Numbered from the stretch's first letter, positions 1-12,594 are shown. The stretch is DNA of 32,000 bases from Pseudoalteromonas translucida KMM 520 (GCF_001465295.1 NZ_CP011034.1:3358389-3390388), one strand, 5' to 3'. Notes: a model not told the origin generated them from the letters alone. Numbers and translations: made by a program.

Positions 1-1561
1 TATTGGGGGCAACCACAATAATTGGCATGTCGGCGTCAATTAGTGCCAGTGGACCATGTTTAAGCTCGCCTGCAGCGTAGGCTTCTGCGTGAATGTACGA
101 AATTTCTTTAAGCTTAAGCGCGCCTTCCATTGCAATTGGGTATTGCGAACCACGGCCTAAAAATAGTGAATGTTGCTTATCGGCAAACTCTTCTGCTAAC
201 TCGGCAATGCTATCTGCAAGCTGTAAAGTTTCTTCTAATTTTGCAGGAAGTACTTTAATTGCATTAACAATTGCGCTTTGATCAAGGCCTTTTTCTTGTG
301 CTATAGACGCAGTAAGCATTAACAAACCAACTAATTGCGTAGTAAACGCTTTAGTAGATGCTACGCCAATTTCGGCGCCGGCTTTGGTCATAAAGGCAAG
401 GTCTGATTCGCGTACAAGCGATGAGCCAGGTACGTTACAAATGGTCATTGAAGCCATGTAACCTTGTTGCTTTGCTAAACGCAGTGCAGCAAGTGTATCG
501 GCAGTTTCACCTGATTGTGAAATAGTTACTAGGAGGCTTTTTTCGTGTACAAACGACTGGCGGTAGCGAAATTCTGAGGCAATTTCTACATTACAGCTTA
601 CGCCTGCAAATTGCTCAAGCCAGTAACGTGCAACCATACCCGAATGGTAAGACGTACCACAGGCAATAATTTGTACGTGTTTTACATCTTTAAATATTTG
701 TTGTGCACTGTCGCCAAAAGCGTCAATTGCTACGCGATCGTTGTTTAAACGCCCTTCAAGGGTATTACGTACAGCAAGTGGCTGCTCGTAAATTTCTTTT
801 AGCATGTAGTGACGGTAGTCGCCTTTACCTGATGCATCTTGCGTAATGTTTGATTCAACCACTTCACGCTCTACAGCGTTGCCATCGGCATCAAAAATTT
901 CTACTGTGTCACGTGTAATACGTGCTACGTCGCCTTCTTCTAAAAATATAAAGCTGCGAGTAACCGGTAGTAGTGCCAATTGATCAGAGGCAATAAAGTT
1001 TTCGCCAAGCCCTAAACCTATAACAAGTGGGCTGCCTGAGCGCGCTACAATAATTTCGTTGCTGTTGTCTTTATCAAATACAACGGTACCAAATGCGCCT
1101 TCAAATTGCTTAACGGCAGCTTGTACTGATGCGAGCAAGGTTTTGTGCTGCTGACGAAGCTGGTGAATTAAGTGCACCATAACTTCTGTGTCGGTGTCTG
1201 ATAAAAATTCGTAACCGTCGCCTTTTAATGCGGCGCGCAAGCTTACGTGATTTTCAATAATACCATTGTGTACTAGTGCTAGTTGGCCGCTTGACACATG
1301 TGGGTGTGCATTGGCTTCAGTTACACTACCGTGAGTAGCCCAGCGAGTGTGTGCAATACCTGTATGGCCGCTAACACCTGATTGCTCAAGTGCCGACTCT
1401 AGGTTTACTACTTTACCAACTGCTTTTACAGTTTTAAGGGTGTTGCCATCAAGCAGTGCTACGCCTGCTGAATCGTAACCACGGTATTCTAGGCGTTTAA
1501 GGCCTTCAACTAAAATTTTATTTACTGGACGTTCTGCAACTGCCCCAACTATTCCACACAT
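1..1561 (-). CDS. glmS: Glutamine--fructose-6-phosphate aminotransferase (isomerizing), GlmS. The N-terminal ~520 codons are present and the 3' end runs off the left window edge.
   Basis: Not in the ORF track because it is open at the window edge. My reverse-complement translation from the ATG at 1559-1561 gives [40 protein letters not shown], the class-II glutamine amidotransferase N-terminus (Cys2) typical of GlmS. The reverse complement of bases ~1-130 reads [40 protein letters not shown], the conserved SIS-domain segment near the GlmS C-terminus. A GGAGA Shine-Dalgarno lies upstream. Confidence 0.95.
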   Translation of the reverse strand, partial: MCGIVGAVAERPVNKILVEGLKRLEYRGYDSAGVALLDGNTLKTVKAVGKVVNLESALEQSGVSGHTGIAHTRWATHGSVTEANAHPHVSSGQLALVHNGIIENHVSLRAALKGDGYEFLSDTDTEVMVHLIHQLRQQHKTLLASVQAAVKQFEGAFGTVVFDKDNSNEIIVARSGSPLVIGLGLGENFIASDQLALLPVTRSFIFLEEGDVARITRDTVEIFDADGNAVEREVVESNITQDASGKGDYRHYMLKEIYEQPLAVRNTLEGRLNNDRVAIDAFGDSAQQIFKDVKHVQIIACGTSYHSGMVARYWLEQFAGVSCNVEIASEFRYRQSFVHEKSLLVTISQSGETADTLAALRLAKQQGYMASMTICNVPGSSLVRESDLAFMTKAGAEIGVASTKAFTTQLVGLLMLTASIAQEKGLDQSAIVNAIKVLPAKLEETLQLADSIAELAEEFADKQHSLFLGRGSQYPIAMEGALKLKEISYIHAEAYAAGELKHGPLALIDADMPIIVVAPN

Positions 1562-1620
1562 AGTGTCTCCATTGATTTTTTAATATTTGCCCGCTTATAA
1601 CCTGAATTCAAGTTAACGGG

Positions 1621-2385
1621 CTATTCCATAATCTCTGCACAAATTAGTTTTACACCACATTCCTCAATTGCTTTGCGTTTATCGTCTGCTAAGCCATTGT
1701 CGGTTATTAAGGTGGTTACTATTTGCCACGGTAATTCTAAATTCGGGATTTTTCGGCCAACTTTATCTGATTCAACCATCACTATAACTTCACGTGCTGC
1801 TTTTGCCATTACTTGGCTTAAGCCAACTAGTTCGTTAAAGGTAGTAGTACCGCGCTTTACGTCTATGCCGTCGGCACCAATAAATAGCTGATCAAAGTCG
1901 TAAGAGCATAGTACGCTTTCAGCCACTTGCCCCTGAAATGATTCTGAATGCGGATCCCATGTCCCACCGGTCATCAATAATGTTGGCTCGTTTTCGAGCG
2001 CTAGCAAGCGATTAGCAACTTTAATAGCATTCGTCATTACAACTAAGCCTTGTTTACTTGCAAGCTCTGGGATCATTGCTGCTGTAGTTCGCCCGCTATC
2101 AATAATAATACGGTTATGATCTTTGATCAGTGCGGCTGCCGCTTTGGCTATTGCCACTTTACGTTTTGAATCTATTTCGTCACTAACGATTTCTTTTGGT
2201 AATGCAATAGCACCGCCATAACGGCGCAGTAATAAGCCACTCTTTTCAAGCGCAGTTAAATCTTTTCGAATGGTCACTTCTGAGGTTTGAAACTGCTCAG
2301 CTAATTTTTCCACGACCACTTCACCAAGCTCATTAACCTGAGCCAATATATTGTGACGTCGTTGCTGGGTGTTTCGTTTGGTCAT
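1621..2385 (-). CDS. DeoR/GlpR-family transcriptional regulator: N-terminal HTH plus C-terminal sugar-phosphate-binding domain. It sits immediately upstream of and co-oriented with glmS, the position of GlmR in Pseudomonas.
   Basis: 254 aa ORF with an ATG start. The N-terminus RHNILAQVNELGEVVVEKLAEQFQTSEVTIRKDLTALEKSGLLLRRYGGA is a typical DeoR HTH. The C-terminal part (IIIDSGRTT...LFIGADGID) matches the DeoR-C sensor domain. It ends 59 nt upstream of glmS. Confidence 0.9.
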   Translation of the reverse strand: MTKRNTQQRRHNILAQVNELGEVVVEKLAEQFQTSEVTIRKDLTALEKSGLLLRRYGGAIALPKEIVSDEIDSKRKVAIAKAAAALIKDHNRIIIDSGRTTAAMIPELASKQGLVVMTNAIKVANRLLALENEPTLLMTGGTWDPHSESFQGQVAESVLCSYDFDQLFIGADGIDVKRGTTTFNELVGLSQVMAKAAREVIVMVESDKVGRKIPNLELPWQIVTTLITDNGLADDKRKAIEECGVKLICAEIME

Positions 2386-2401
2386 AAGTGATATACAATT
2401 A

Positions 2402-2439
2402 AGTTTCGTTTCGAAAGATGCGCAATTTTAAACGAAACT
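2402..2439. promoter_or_regulatory. Perfect 10-bp inverted repeat AGTTTCGTTT-N18-AAACGAAACT with an embedded TTTCGAAA palindrome. Candidate operator in the divergent deoR / acetyltransferase promoter region.
   Basis: Read directly: arms at 2402-2411 and 2430-2439. It lies 17 nt upstream of the DeoR start codon, in a 158-nt intergenic region. Confidence 0.3.
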
Positions 2440-2543
2440 AGTTAAATGGCAAGTGAACGAGCAAAAATAAAGCAATTTAATCAAATTATAATAAAACTTA
2501 AAATACGGTAAGCTAGGGGTAATAGCCGAATAAAGTAAAGTAT

Positions 2544-3071
2544 ATGCAATTATTTAATAGTATCAGTAAAGAATATTTAACTCAGCGTAAGCTCGCCGGC
2601 GATACCTGCCGTTTATTTAATAAAAGCCCCAGTAAGGGCAATTTAAAGCGTATTAAAAGCTTATTTTTTGATTGTGGTGAAGAGGTAATTATTGAAGCAG
2701 GGTTTCACTGCGATTATGGTAGTACACTTATTATTGGTGATCGTACCTTTATAAATATTAACTGCACCATTTTAGATTCTCCGCTACCTGAGTCGGCCAT
2801 AAGTATTGGGAACGACTGTTTAATAGGCCCTAATGTACAATTGCTAGCTGTATCTCACGCGCTAGATCCGCAGCAAAGATTAAGTAAAGAAAACTTTAGC
2901 CAGCCAATTAGTATAGGTAATAATGTATGGGTTGGTGCAGGCGTAATTATTTTAGCTGGAATAACTATTGGCGATAATGCCGTTATTGGAGCGGGCTCGA
3001 TAGTAACAAAAAATGTGGCAGCCAACACCGTGGTGATTGGAAATCCTGCTGTTAAAGTTAAAGATATTTGA
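2544..3071 (+). CDS. Sugar O-acetyltransferase of the hexapeptide-repeat (left-handed beta-helix) family, maltose/galactoside acetyltransferase (Maa/LacA)-like.
   Basis: 175 aa ORF with an ATG start. It carries the motifs FHCDYGSTLIIGDRTFININCTILD, the catalytic-region SHALDP, and the hexapeptide repeats IGNNVWVGAGVIILAGITIGDNAVIGAGSIVTKNV...VIGNPA, which align with E. coli Maa as I remember it. Confidence 0.85.
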   Translation: MQLFNSISKEYLTQRKLAGDTCRLFNKSPSKGNLKRIKSLFFDCGEEVIIEAGFHCDYGSTLIIGDRTFININCTILDSPLPESAISIGNDCLIGPNVQLLAVSHALDPQQRLSKENFSQPISIGNNVWVGAGVIILAGITIGDNAVIGAGSIVTKNVAANTVVIGNPAVKVKDI

Positions 3072-3158
3072 AGCAGTAGTGCGTTAAACACAACCTACAA
3101 AGCCTACTCTGTAGGTCGTACAATATATAACTAAGCAGTGTATTTCTAAGGGAAGGGT

Positions 3159-3686
3159 TTATTGTTTATTTTTTAATGTAAGCGCTAAACCCGCCATAAT
3201 AAACTCAACTTGGGAAACCTGCGCAGCTAATGCTTGATGTAACCAGCCAGATTCGTCTACAAATGTACGACTTAATTCACCAAGCGGAACTATACCGTGC
3301 CCCACTTCGTTACTTACAAAAATAACTTGCCCAGGTAAGCTCTTAAGTTGAGCTAATAACTCAGCTTTTTGCGTTTGCCAGCAATGCTTGTCGCTATGGC
3401 ATAAACAGTTTGTAAGCCATAGCGTTAAACAATCTACCAATATGCAGTTATCAGCTTTACTATGGGCTTTAAGTAGTTTGGCAAGCGCTATGGGCTCTTC
3501 AACTAATTGCCAGTTTGCTGGGCGGTCTTTTTGATGGCGCGTTATACGTGCTTGCATTTCATCGTCATTAGGCTGTGCAGTGGCCAGATAAATCACTGAT
3601 TTATTACTCTTCATTGCTAACTGTTCAGCAAAACGACTTTTACCACTGCGGGCTCCACCTAAAACTAGTACATGGCTGTTGCTCAT
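3159..3686 (-). CDS. cobU: Bifunctional adenosylcobinamide kinase / adenosylcobinamide-phosphate guanylyltransferase (CobU/CobP).
   Basis: 175 aa with the P-loop VLGGARSGKSRFAE and conserved YLATAQ...DDEM..RI..H...RP..W and VSNEVGHGIVP motifs. Its ATG overlaps the cobS stop in an ATGA arrangement (3683-3686), suggesting translational coupling. Confidence 0.92.
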   Translation of the reverse strand: MSNSHVLVLGGARSGKSRFAEQLAMKSNKSVIYLATAQPNDDEMQARITRHQKDRPANWQLVEEPIALAKLLKAHSKADNCILVDCLTLWLTNCLCHSDKHCWQTQKAELLAQLKSLPGQVIFVSNEVGHGIVPLGELSRTFVDESGWLHQALAAQVSQVEFIMAGLALTLKNKQ

Positions 3687-4507
3687 AATAAGCCCACTAA
3701 GGTTAAATAAATAACCACCTCAGATAACTGCTGCGCCGCGCCTAAACAATCTCCAGTATAACCACCTAGTTGGCGCTTAAACCAGCGTACTAATACACTG
3801 CGTAAAATGAGCAACACGGCAATAATAATCACCGCTGTTTGCCATACAATAATATTTAAACAAATTAAACTCAGTAATAAAATTACTGCAGTGAGCGTTA
3901 AAATAGCTAAGCTGTTAAACGACAAATGCATAGCGATAGGCTTAACTTTTGAGGTGGCATCCTCACTCACGTAATCCATACTTACAATTAAACTGCTTGC
4001 TATTACCCGACTTAAACACTGACCCAGCAATATCGCAGTTATAATGGCTGTGAGCGAAGTACTAAGTAAAACCAGGCTCTGAAACTTAATCAGTAATATT
4101 ATAAATAATGCCGCAGCTCCATAAGTACCCAAACGGCTGTCTTTCATGATAGTTAGCTTTTGCTCTACCTGCCAACCGCCGCCAAAGCCATCCCATACAT
4201 CAGCCCAGCCATCTTCATGAAACGCGCCAGTTAATAGCAAGCCAAAGGCCATCATTAATAACACACTTAAAGACGGCGGTAACAACAGCTGAAAAACACA
4301 GTAACTAAGTGCCAATAACCCACCAAGTAACAAACCTACTAATGCAAAATAGCGACTGGCTTGATTAAGGTGGGTGTTAGTAACATTAAAACGCAAAGCA
4401 ACCGGAATGCGGGTTAAAAAGCTAATCGCTAATAATACTAACTGCCACTGCGTGACCTTGGTTTGTAATTTATTATTTGGGGTATCTAAAAGTGAGCTGT
4501 CACTCAT
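3683..4507 (-). CDS. cobS: Adenosylcobinamide-GDP ribazoletransferase (cobalamin 5'-phosphate synthase, CobS), a polytopic membrane protein.
   Basis: Motifs FLTRIPV, GAFHEDGWAD, MKDSRLGTYG and LGGYTGDCLGA. The track ORF begins at a TTG (4567) that overlaps cobT by 59 nt. The ATG at 4505-4507 (MSDSSLL...) lies 1 nt after the cobT stop (TAA-T-ATG) and is the more plausible start. Confidence 0.9.
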   Translation of the reverse strand: MSDSSLLDTPNNKLQTKVTQWQLVLLAISFLTRIPVALRFNVTNTHLNQASRYFALVGLLLGGLLALSYCVFQLLLPPSLSVLLMMAFGLLLTGAFHEDGWADVWDGFGGGWQVEQKLTIMKDSRLGTYGAAALFIILLIKFQSLVLLSTSLTAIITAILLGQCLSRVIASSLIVSMDYVSEDATSKVKPIAMHLSFNSLAILTLTAVILLLSLICLNIIVWQTAVIIIAVLLILRSVLVRWFKRQLGGYTGDCLGAAQQLSEVVIYLTLVGLL

Positions 4508-4508
4508 A

Positions 4509-5570
4509 TTATACAACCTGCTCAACACCGGCATCTGCAAAGCTTGCCATGTGGTTATAAAAGCCAAGAGCGGCTTGTAGCAAAGGTAAGCTCAATGCTG
4601 CGCCAGTGCCTTCGCCTAAACGTAAATCTAATTGAAGCAATGGCTTAACTTCAAGCTTGCTTAACATTTGTTGATGGCCTTGCTCATTAGAACAATGAGC
4701 AAAAATTAAATACTCTTTTACTATAGGATTAATTTTTATCGCAACCATAGCCGCAGCACTACAAATAAAGCCATCAACAATAATGGCCATACCTTGCTCT
4801 GCCGCCGCTAGCATTGCACCGGTAATATGCACAATTTCAAAGCCGCCCACTGCAGCAAGCAGCGATATTGGATCAGCTAATTGTGCTTTATGCAGTTGTA
4901 ATGCTTGCTCAACAACATTGACTTTACGCGCAATTAATTCTTCGCTCACGCCAGTGCCTTTACCCACACATTGAGTCGCTGGTAAGTTTAATATTGCTGC
5001 CATAATAGCTGCTGCACTCGTGGTATTGCCAATTCCCATCTCCCCCATAGCCAATGTATTACAGCCTTGTTGTTTAAGCTGTAAAACAAGTGACTTAGCA
5101 TTACTAAACCCTTGCTCTACTTGCGCAGTGCTCATGGCCATGTGTAAGTTAAGCGGGGCGGTTATATTACCAAGTCGGCAATCATGTACCTTACTGGCAG
5201 GGCTTTTTTCTAATATGCCGCAATCAACAACCTCAAGTTGCCAGCCAAGTTGCTGACAAAATATATTTATAGCAGCGCCGCCAGCGACAAAGTTAGCGAC
5301 CATTTGTGCTGTTACTTCACTTGGTGCAATTGATACTCCTTGCGCTGCAATCCCATGATCTCCGGCAAAAACAACTAAAGTAGGGTTACAAATCTCAGCT
5401 TTAAATGCAGTAAATTCAACGTCACTCTCTATCGTTTGAGATAGTATTTTTACTAACTGTAATGCAATCAGTTCAAGCTGACCTAATGCCCCTATGGGTT
5501 TAGTTTTATTATTTATTTTATTGTGGATAAGGTGATCAAATTGATTATTCAAAGGGGCTATTTTAAACAT
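4509..5570 (-). CDS. cobT: Nicotinate-nucleotide--dimethylbenzimidazole phosphoribosyltransferase (CobT).
   Basis: Motifs KTKPIGALGQLE, VFAGDHG, GEMGIGNTT and LRLGEGTGAA. The track ORF starts at a GTG (5585). The first ATG is at 5568-5570 (MFKIAPL...). Either start is possible. Confidence 0.9.
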   Translation of the reverse strand: MFKIAPLNNQFDHLIHNKINNKTKPIGALGQLELIALQLVKILSQTIESDVEFTAFKAEICNPTLVVFAGDHGIAAQGVSIAPSEVTAQMVANFVAGGAAINIFCQQLGWQLEVVDCGILEKSPASKVHDCRLGNITAPLNLHMAMSTAQVEQGFSNAKSLVLQLKQQGCNTLAMGEMGIGNTTSAAAIMAAILNLPATQCVGKGTGVSEELIARKVNVVEQALQLHKAQLADPISLLAAVGGFEIVHITGAMLAAAEQGMAIIVDGFICSAAAMVAIKINPIVKEYLIFAHCSNEQGHQQMLSKLEVKPLLQLDLRLGEGTGAALSLPLLQAALGFYNHMASFADAGVEQVV

Positions 5571-5662
5571 TGTGTAACAGCTCACGTTTTAAAAAAAAGT
5601 AAAAAGATAACGGCTAAATCCCACAACTGATATCGTTGTTGATAAAAGAGGATTGGGCGTTT

Positions 5663-6283
5663 TTAAAAGATAATTTTAGGCCAAGCTTGGCCATTTTCAT
5701 CAAAAAATATATCGATACAAATAACCTTGCCATAACCCACAGTAAATATATTTTGATAATTTAACTGTTTTGGCATCTGACAAATAATAGCGAGTAATTG
5801 CTTTATTACTCCTGCATGCGTAATTACAAGTTGTGAGCGAGTACCTTGGCAAATAGTATTAGCAAATAATTGCTGCCACCATGTTGTTATGCGCTGATAA
5901 AAATGAGCCATGCTTTCACCGTTAGGTGGCGTTACGAGCCAAGGGCTTTGCCAAAAGTCACCAATTGTCGGTGTATTCGTATGCTGCCACAGTTCATCAT
6001 AGCTTTGGCCATCCCAATCACCAAAGTTAAACTCTTTAATATCGTCGGTTATATTCAGTGGTATTTTATTAAAATCACAAAATTGCCGAGCAAACTCACT
6101 ACAGCGCTTTAAAGGCGACGAGGTAACTAAATCAATATTTGCTAAGCTGCCACAGGCGATATTTAACTGCTCAACCCCTTTTTCACTCAATATAAAATCA
6201 GTATGCCCCGCTAAAACATCTTTAGTCGTAAGCTCACCGTGACGCAGTAAATAAACTCGGCTAGAAAATGCTGTCATGCTCAT
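5663..6283 (-). CDS. cobC: Histidine-phosphatase-family protein, probably adenosylcobalamin/alpha-ribazole phosphatase (CobC).
   Basis: 206 aa. It has the RHG catalytic motif (VYLLRHGELT), the SSPLKRC and FGDWDG motifs and a second His in VITHAGVIK. The functional assignment rests on the family plus its position as first gene of the cobC-T-S-U cluster. Confidence 0.75.
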   Translation of the reverse strand: MSMTAFSSRVYLLRHGELTTKDVLAGHTDFILSEKGVEQLNIACGSLANIDLVTSSPLKRCSEFARQFCDFNKIPLNITDDIKEFNFGDWDGQSYDELWQHTNTPTIGDFWQSPWLVTPPNGESMAHFYQRITTWWQQLFANTICQGTRSQLVITHAGVIKQLLAIICQMPKQLNYQNIFTVGYGKVICIDIFFDENGQAWPKIIF

Positions 6284-6528
6284 ACAAGTCTAAAATAAAT
6301 GTACTTTGAGTTTATCAGCATAGTATTTTTTTATCTTTGAGTTTTACTTATTAATGATTTGAATTTTACTTTGCTGAAGACGTAAAAAAACCGACACACT
6401 CATTGGCCAGTGGTGATATTTTTATAATTTGAGCGTCGGGAGTCACTGCGCTCGCCCGACCTACGTGTTAGGTGTTAGGTGTTAGATGAGTGTACATTAA
6501 TCATACGAATTTCACTTTTCTGCAGACG

Positions 6529-6560
6529 TAAAAAAGCCCGACTATTTCTAGTCGGGCTTT
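6529..6560 (-). terminator. Rho-independent terminator (distal copy) downstream of the 5S relic.
   Basis: Stem GCCCGACT (6536-6543) / AGTCGGGC (6550-6557) with a 6-nt loop, followed on the minus strand by a T6 run (A-run 6530-6535 on +). It is preceded by the repeated AGACGTAAAAAA module. Confidence 0.65.
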
Positions 6561-6571
6561 CTACAATTTGG

Positions 6572-6744
6572 AGTTTGGTAATGTCGTAGTGCCCACAGCG
6601 GTAGAAAGTCACATAGCAAATGCTACACTATCATCGGTCGGGGCTCGCCTTCGAGCTGTTTTGTTTGATATAGAGGAATACAAATGCCGTAGAGCACAGG
6701 ATGTGCAGGAGCAGCCACTACTGAGTTCGCATGGGCTTTTGGCT
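6572..6744 (-). pseudogene. Degenerate, insertion-disrupted 5S rRNA copy (5S relic) distal to the functional rrf.
   Basis: A 29-nt block at 6609-6637 (tcacatagcaaatgctacactatcatcgg) is identical to 6827-6855 of the functional 5S. A second block, cactactgagttcg (6716-6729), matches 6869-6882. The 3' end agtttggtaatgtc parallels agcctggcaatgtc. The blocks are separated by extra segments of roughly 20, 18 and 58 nt that are absent from the functional gene, and the 5' third has diverged. Confidence 0.55.
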
Positions 6745-6763
6745 ATTTATTAAATCCCAGACG

Positions 6764-6796
6764 TAAAAAAGCCCGAATCGTTAGATTCGGGCTTTC
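6764..6796 (-). terminator. Rho-independent terminator immediately downstream of the functional 5S rRNA.
   Basis: Stem GCCCGAATC (6771-6779) / GATTCGGGC (6784-6792) with loop GTTA, then a T6 run on the minus strand (A-run 6765-6770 on +). Confidence 0.8.
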
Positions 6797-6806
6797 TACA
6801 ATTTGG

Positions 6807-6924
6807 AGCCTGGCAATGTCCTACTTTCACATAGCAAATGCTACACTATCATCGGCGCTGTTTCGTTTCACTACTGAGTTCGGCATGGGGTCAGGTGGGT
6901 CCAAAACGCTATTGTTACCAAGCA
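6807..6924 (-). rRNA. rrf: 5S ribosomal RNA.
   Basis: The reverse complement reads TGCTTGGTAACAATAGCGTTTTGGACCCACCTGACCCCATGCCGAACTCAGTAGTGAAACGAAACAGCGCCGATGATAGTGTAGCATTTGCTATGTGAAAGTAGGACATTGCCAGGCT. This is collinear with E. coli 5S, including the CCCACCTGACCCCATGCCGAACTCAG core, and the two ends pair as helix I. Confidence 0.95.
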
Positions 6925-7070
6925 AATTAGGGCGTTAATTCGTATCACTACAAATTAACTGAATTTGGAAAATATCTGATAATATTTTTTAAGTCGTTCT
7001 TCAGTAATATCTACTTTAGCAATATTAACTTCTTGCTTGAACTGTCGCATAAAACGCGTTTGGCGTTGTA

Positions 7071-9958
<2,888 letters not shown>

Positions 9959-10161
9959 ATACAACCCAAACGGGTCTTTGTTGTGTGACAGTTTAACTTC
10001 GCCAGAAGTCAATATTGAATACTAAAGTAGATACCAATCAATCAACTCATAAGAGTTAACTAAATGGCACTGAATGGTACTGCTACCATTCTTTTTTTAC
10101 TTTTGAAAACTCTTGATAAATACAATGTATCTATCAGAATTTTATTATCAGCTTTTCCAAA

Positions 10162-10174
10162 TTTTTAAAGAGCA
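10162..10174 (-). promoter_or_regulatory. boxA-like antitermination element in the 16S-23S spacer.
   Basis: The minus strand reads TGCTCTTTAAAAA, against the E. coli rrn boxA TGCTCTTTAACAA. Confidence 0.5.
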
Positions 10175-10256
10175 TATTAATTAGTTATTCCGAAGAACAA
10201 GCACTAATTAACAATCATCTGTGTGGACACTACGAACAAATAAGTTCTAAATCGTA

Positions 10257-11791
<1,535 letters not shown>

Positions 11792-12020
11792 AAAAAGTTT
11801 TATGTCTTTCGACAGCTCAATGAATTCTGAATTTATTTTAATATCTTTCGATATTGAATTGACTGTGCCGAAGCAACTTATAAATAAGTTACTTCTGTTG
11901 GTCACTCAGTTTTCAATTGAGACTCTAATTTGTTTGCCTCGCTAATTACCCATAAAGAGTAAGCAGTTTGGCTGTTAGAACTCAATCTGTACGAGTGCCC
12001 ACACAGATGATTGCTTTATA

Positions 12021-12033
12021 TTGTTAAAGAACG
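12021..12033 (-). promoter_or_regulatory. boxA-like antitermination element in the rrn leader.
   Basis: The minus strand reads CGTTCTTTAACAA, located between P2 and the 16S processing stem. Confidence 0.5.
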
Positions 12034-12066
12034 TTTTGAGTCGCTTTAGCTCCTCAAGGGATGCGT

Positions 12067-12094
12067 ATAATACATCCTTTATTTTTCGAGTCAA
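12067..12094 (-). promoter_or_regulatory. Putative rrn P2 promoter.
   Basis: Minus strand: TTGACT (12089-12094), a 16-nt spacer, then TATTAT (12067-12072), about 275 nt upstream of mature 16S. Confidence 0.55.
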
Positions 12095-12205
12095 CACTTT
12101 GTTTTAAACTTTCTTTTTGGAAGATTTAAAACCGAAGTTTTATTTAACTCTCTAAGTAGTTCGTGCCTTGCTATGCTTCGGCGTTTCCCTTCTCAGTGGG
12201 GTCGC

Positions 12206-12233
12206 ATTATAGGGATAAACGAGTGAGGGTCAA
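12206..12233 (-). promoter_or_regulatory. Putative rrn P1 promoter with a GC-rich discriminator and an AT-rich upstream (UP-like) region.
   Basis: Minus strand: TTGACC (12228-12233), a 16-nt spacer, TATAAT (12206-12211), then GCGACCCC, closely resembling E. coli rrn P1 architecture. An A/T-rich tract lies upstream, and P1 is ~140 bp upstream of P2. Confidence 0.7.
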
Positions 12234-12533
12234 CACTTTATTTCCGCTTTATGACAATTAAATTAATATTGTATAAAAGGCATACAAACAAAGGCTTGCA
12301 ATGAAGTTTAAGCTTAAAAAAGCACCAAATAAATGGCAGTAATAGGGAAGTTATAGTTACGCTAGGTAGAAGGTAGGTTATTTAGTTTAAATGTTATGTT
12401 TAAATAATTAAATGCGGCTTAGTTGTAGTGCTTTACTGGGTAACTTTAAATAAAACTTTATGCCTCTCAAGGTTTAGCAAAATACTCAGTTAAATATCTG
12501 ATGTAGAGTAGGGAGCTCATATTATTCAGACAA

Positions 12534-12558
12534 TAAAAAAGCGAGTTAATAACTCGCT
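12534..12558 (-). terminator. Rho-independent terminator downstream of glmU.
   Basis: Stem GCGAGTT (12541-12547) / AACTCGC (12551-12557) with a 3-nt loop, followed on the minus strand by T6 (A-run 12535-12540). Confidence 0.6.
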
Positions 12559-12594
12559 TCTATCTACTTATACTTTTTAACTAAATATAAGTCG

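Noticed and set aside
3072-3158. Hairpin CCTACA-N10-TGTAGG between the convergent acetyltransferase and cobU genes, as a possible bidirectional terminator.
   Set aside because: The stem is short (6 bp), the loop is large, and there is no flanking T-run on either strand. That is too weak to call.
5522-5530. Perfect DnaA box TGTGGATAA followed by a GATC, inside the cobT coding region. A TGTTGATAA variant also occurs at ~5637 in the cobC-cobT spacer.
   Set aside because: These are isolated single sites far from the origin clusters. The perfect box lies within a conserved CDS. Both are compatible with chance occurrence in an AT-rich genome. They serve as a caution about background frequency for the one-mismatch boxes cited elsewhere.
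6284-6530. Possible cobalamin riboswitch upstream of cobC.
   Set aside because: I read the minus strand. The only resemblance is an isolated CCACTGG. There is no B12 box, no GGGAAGGC or AATC-type conserved cores, and the region is too AT-rich. It looks instead like a degenerate copy of the rrn terminator module. A covariance-model scan would settle it.
6568-6753. 61-aa ORF on the + strand in the rrn-cob spacer.
   Set aside because: It lies entirely on the degenerate 5S rRNA relic, antisense to it. It has no Shine-Dalgarno and no recognisable protein features, so it is a by-product of rRNA-derived sequence.
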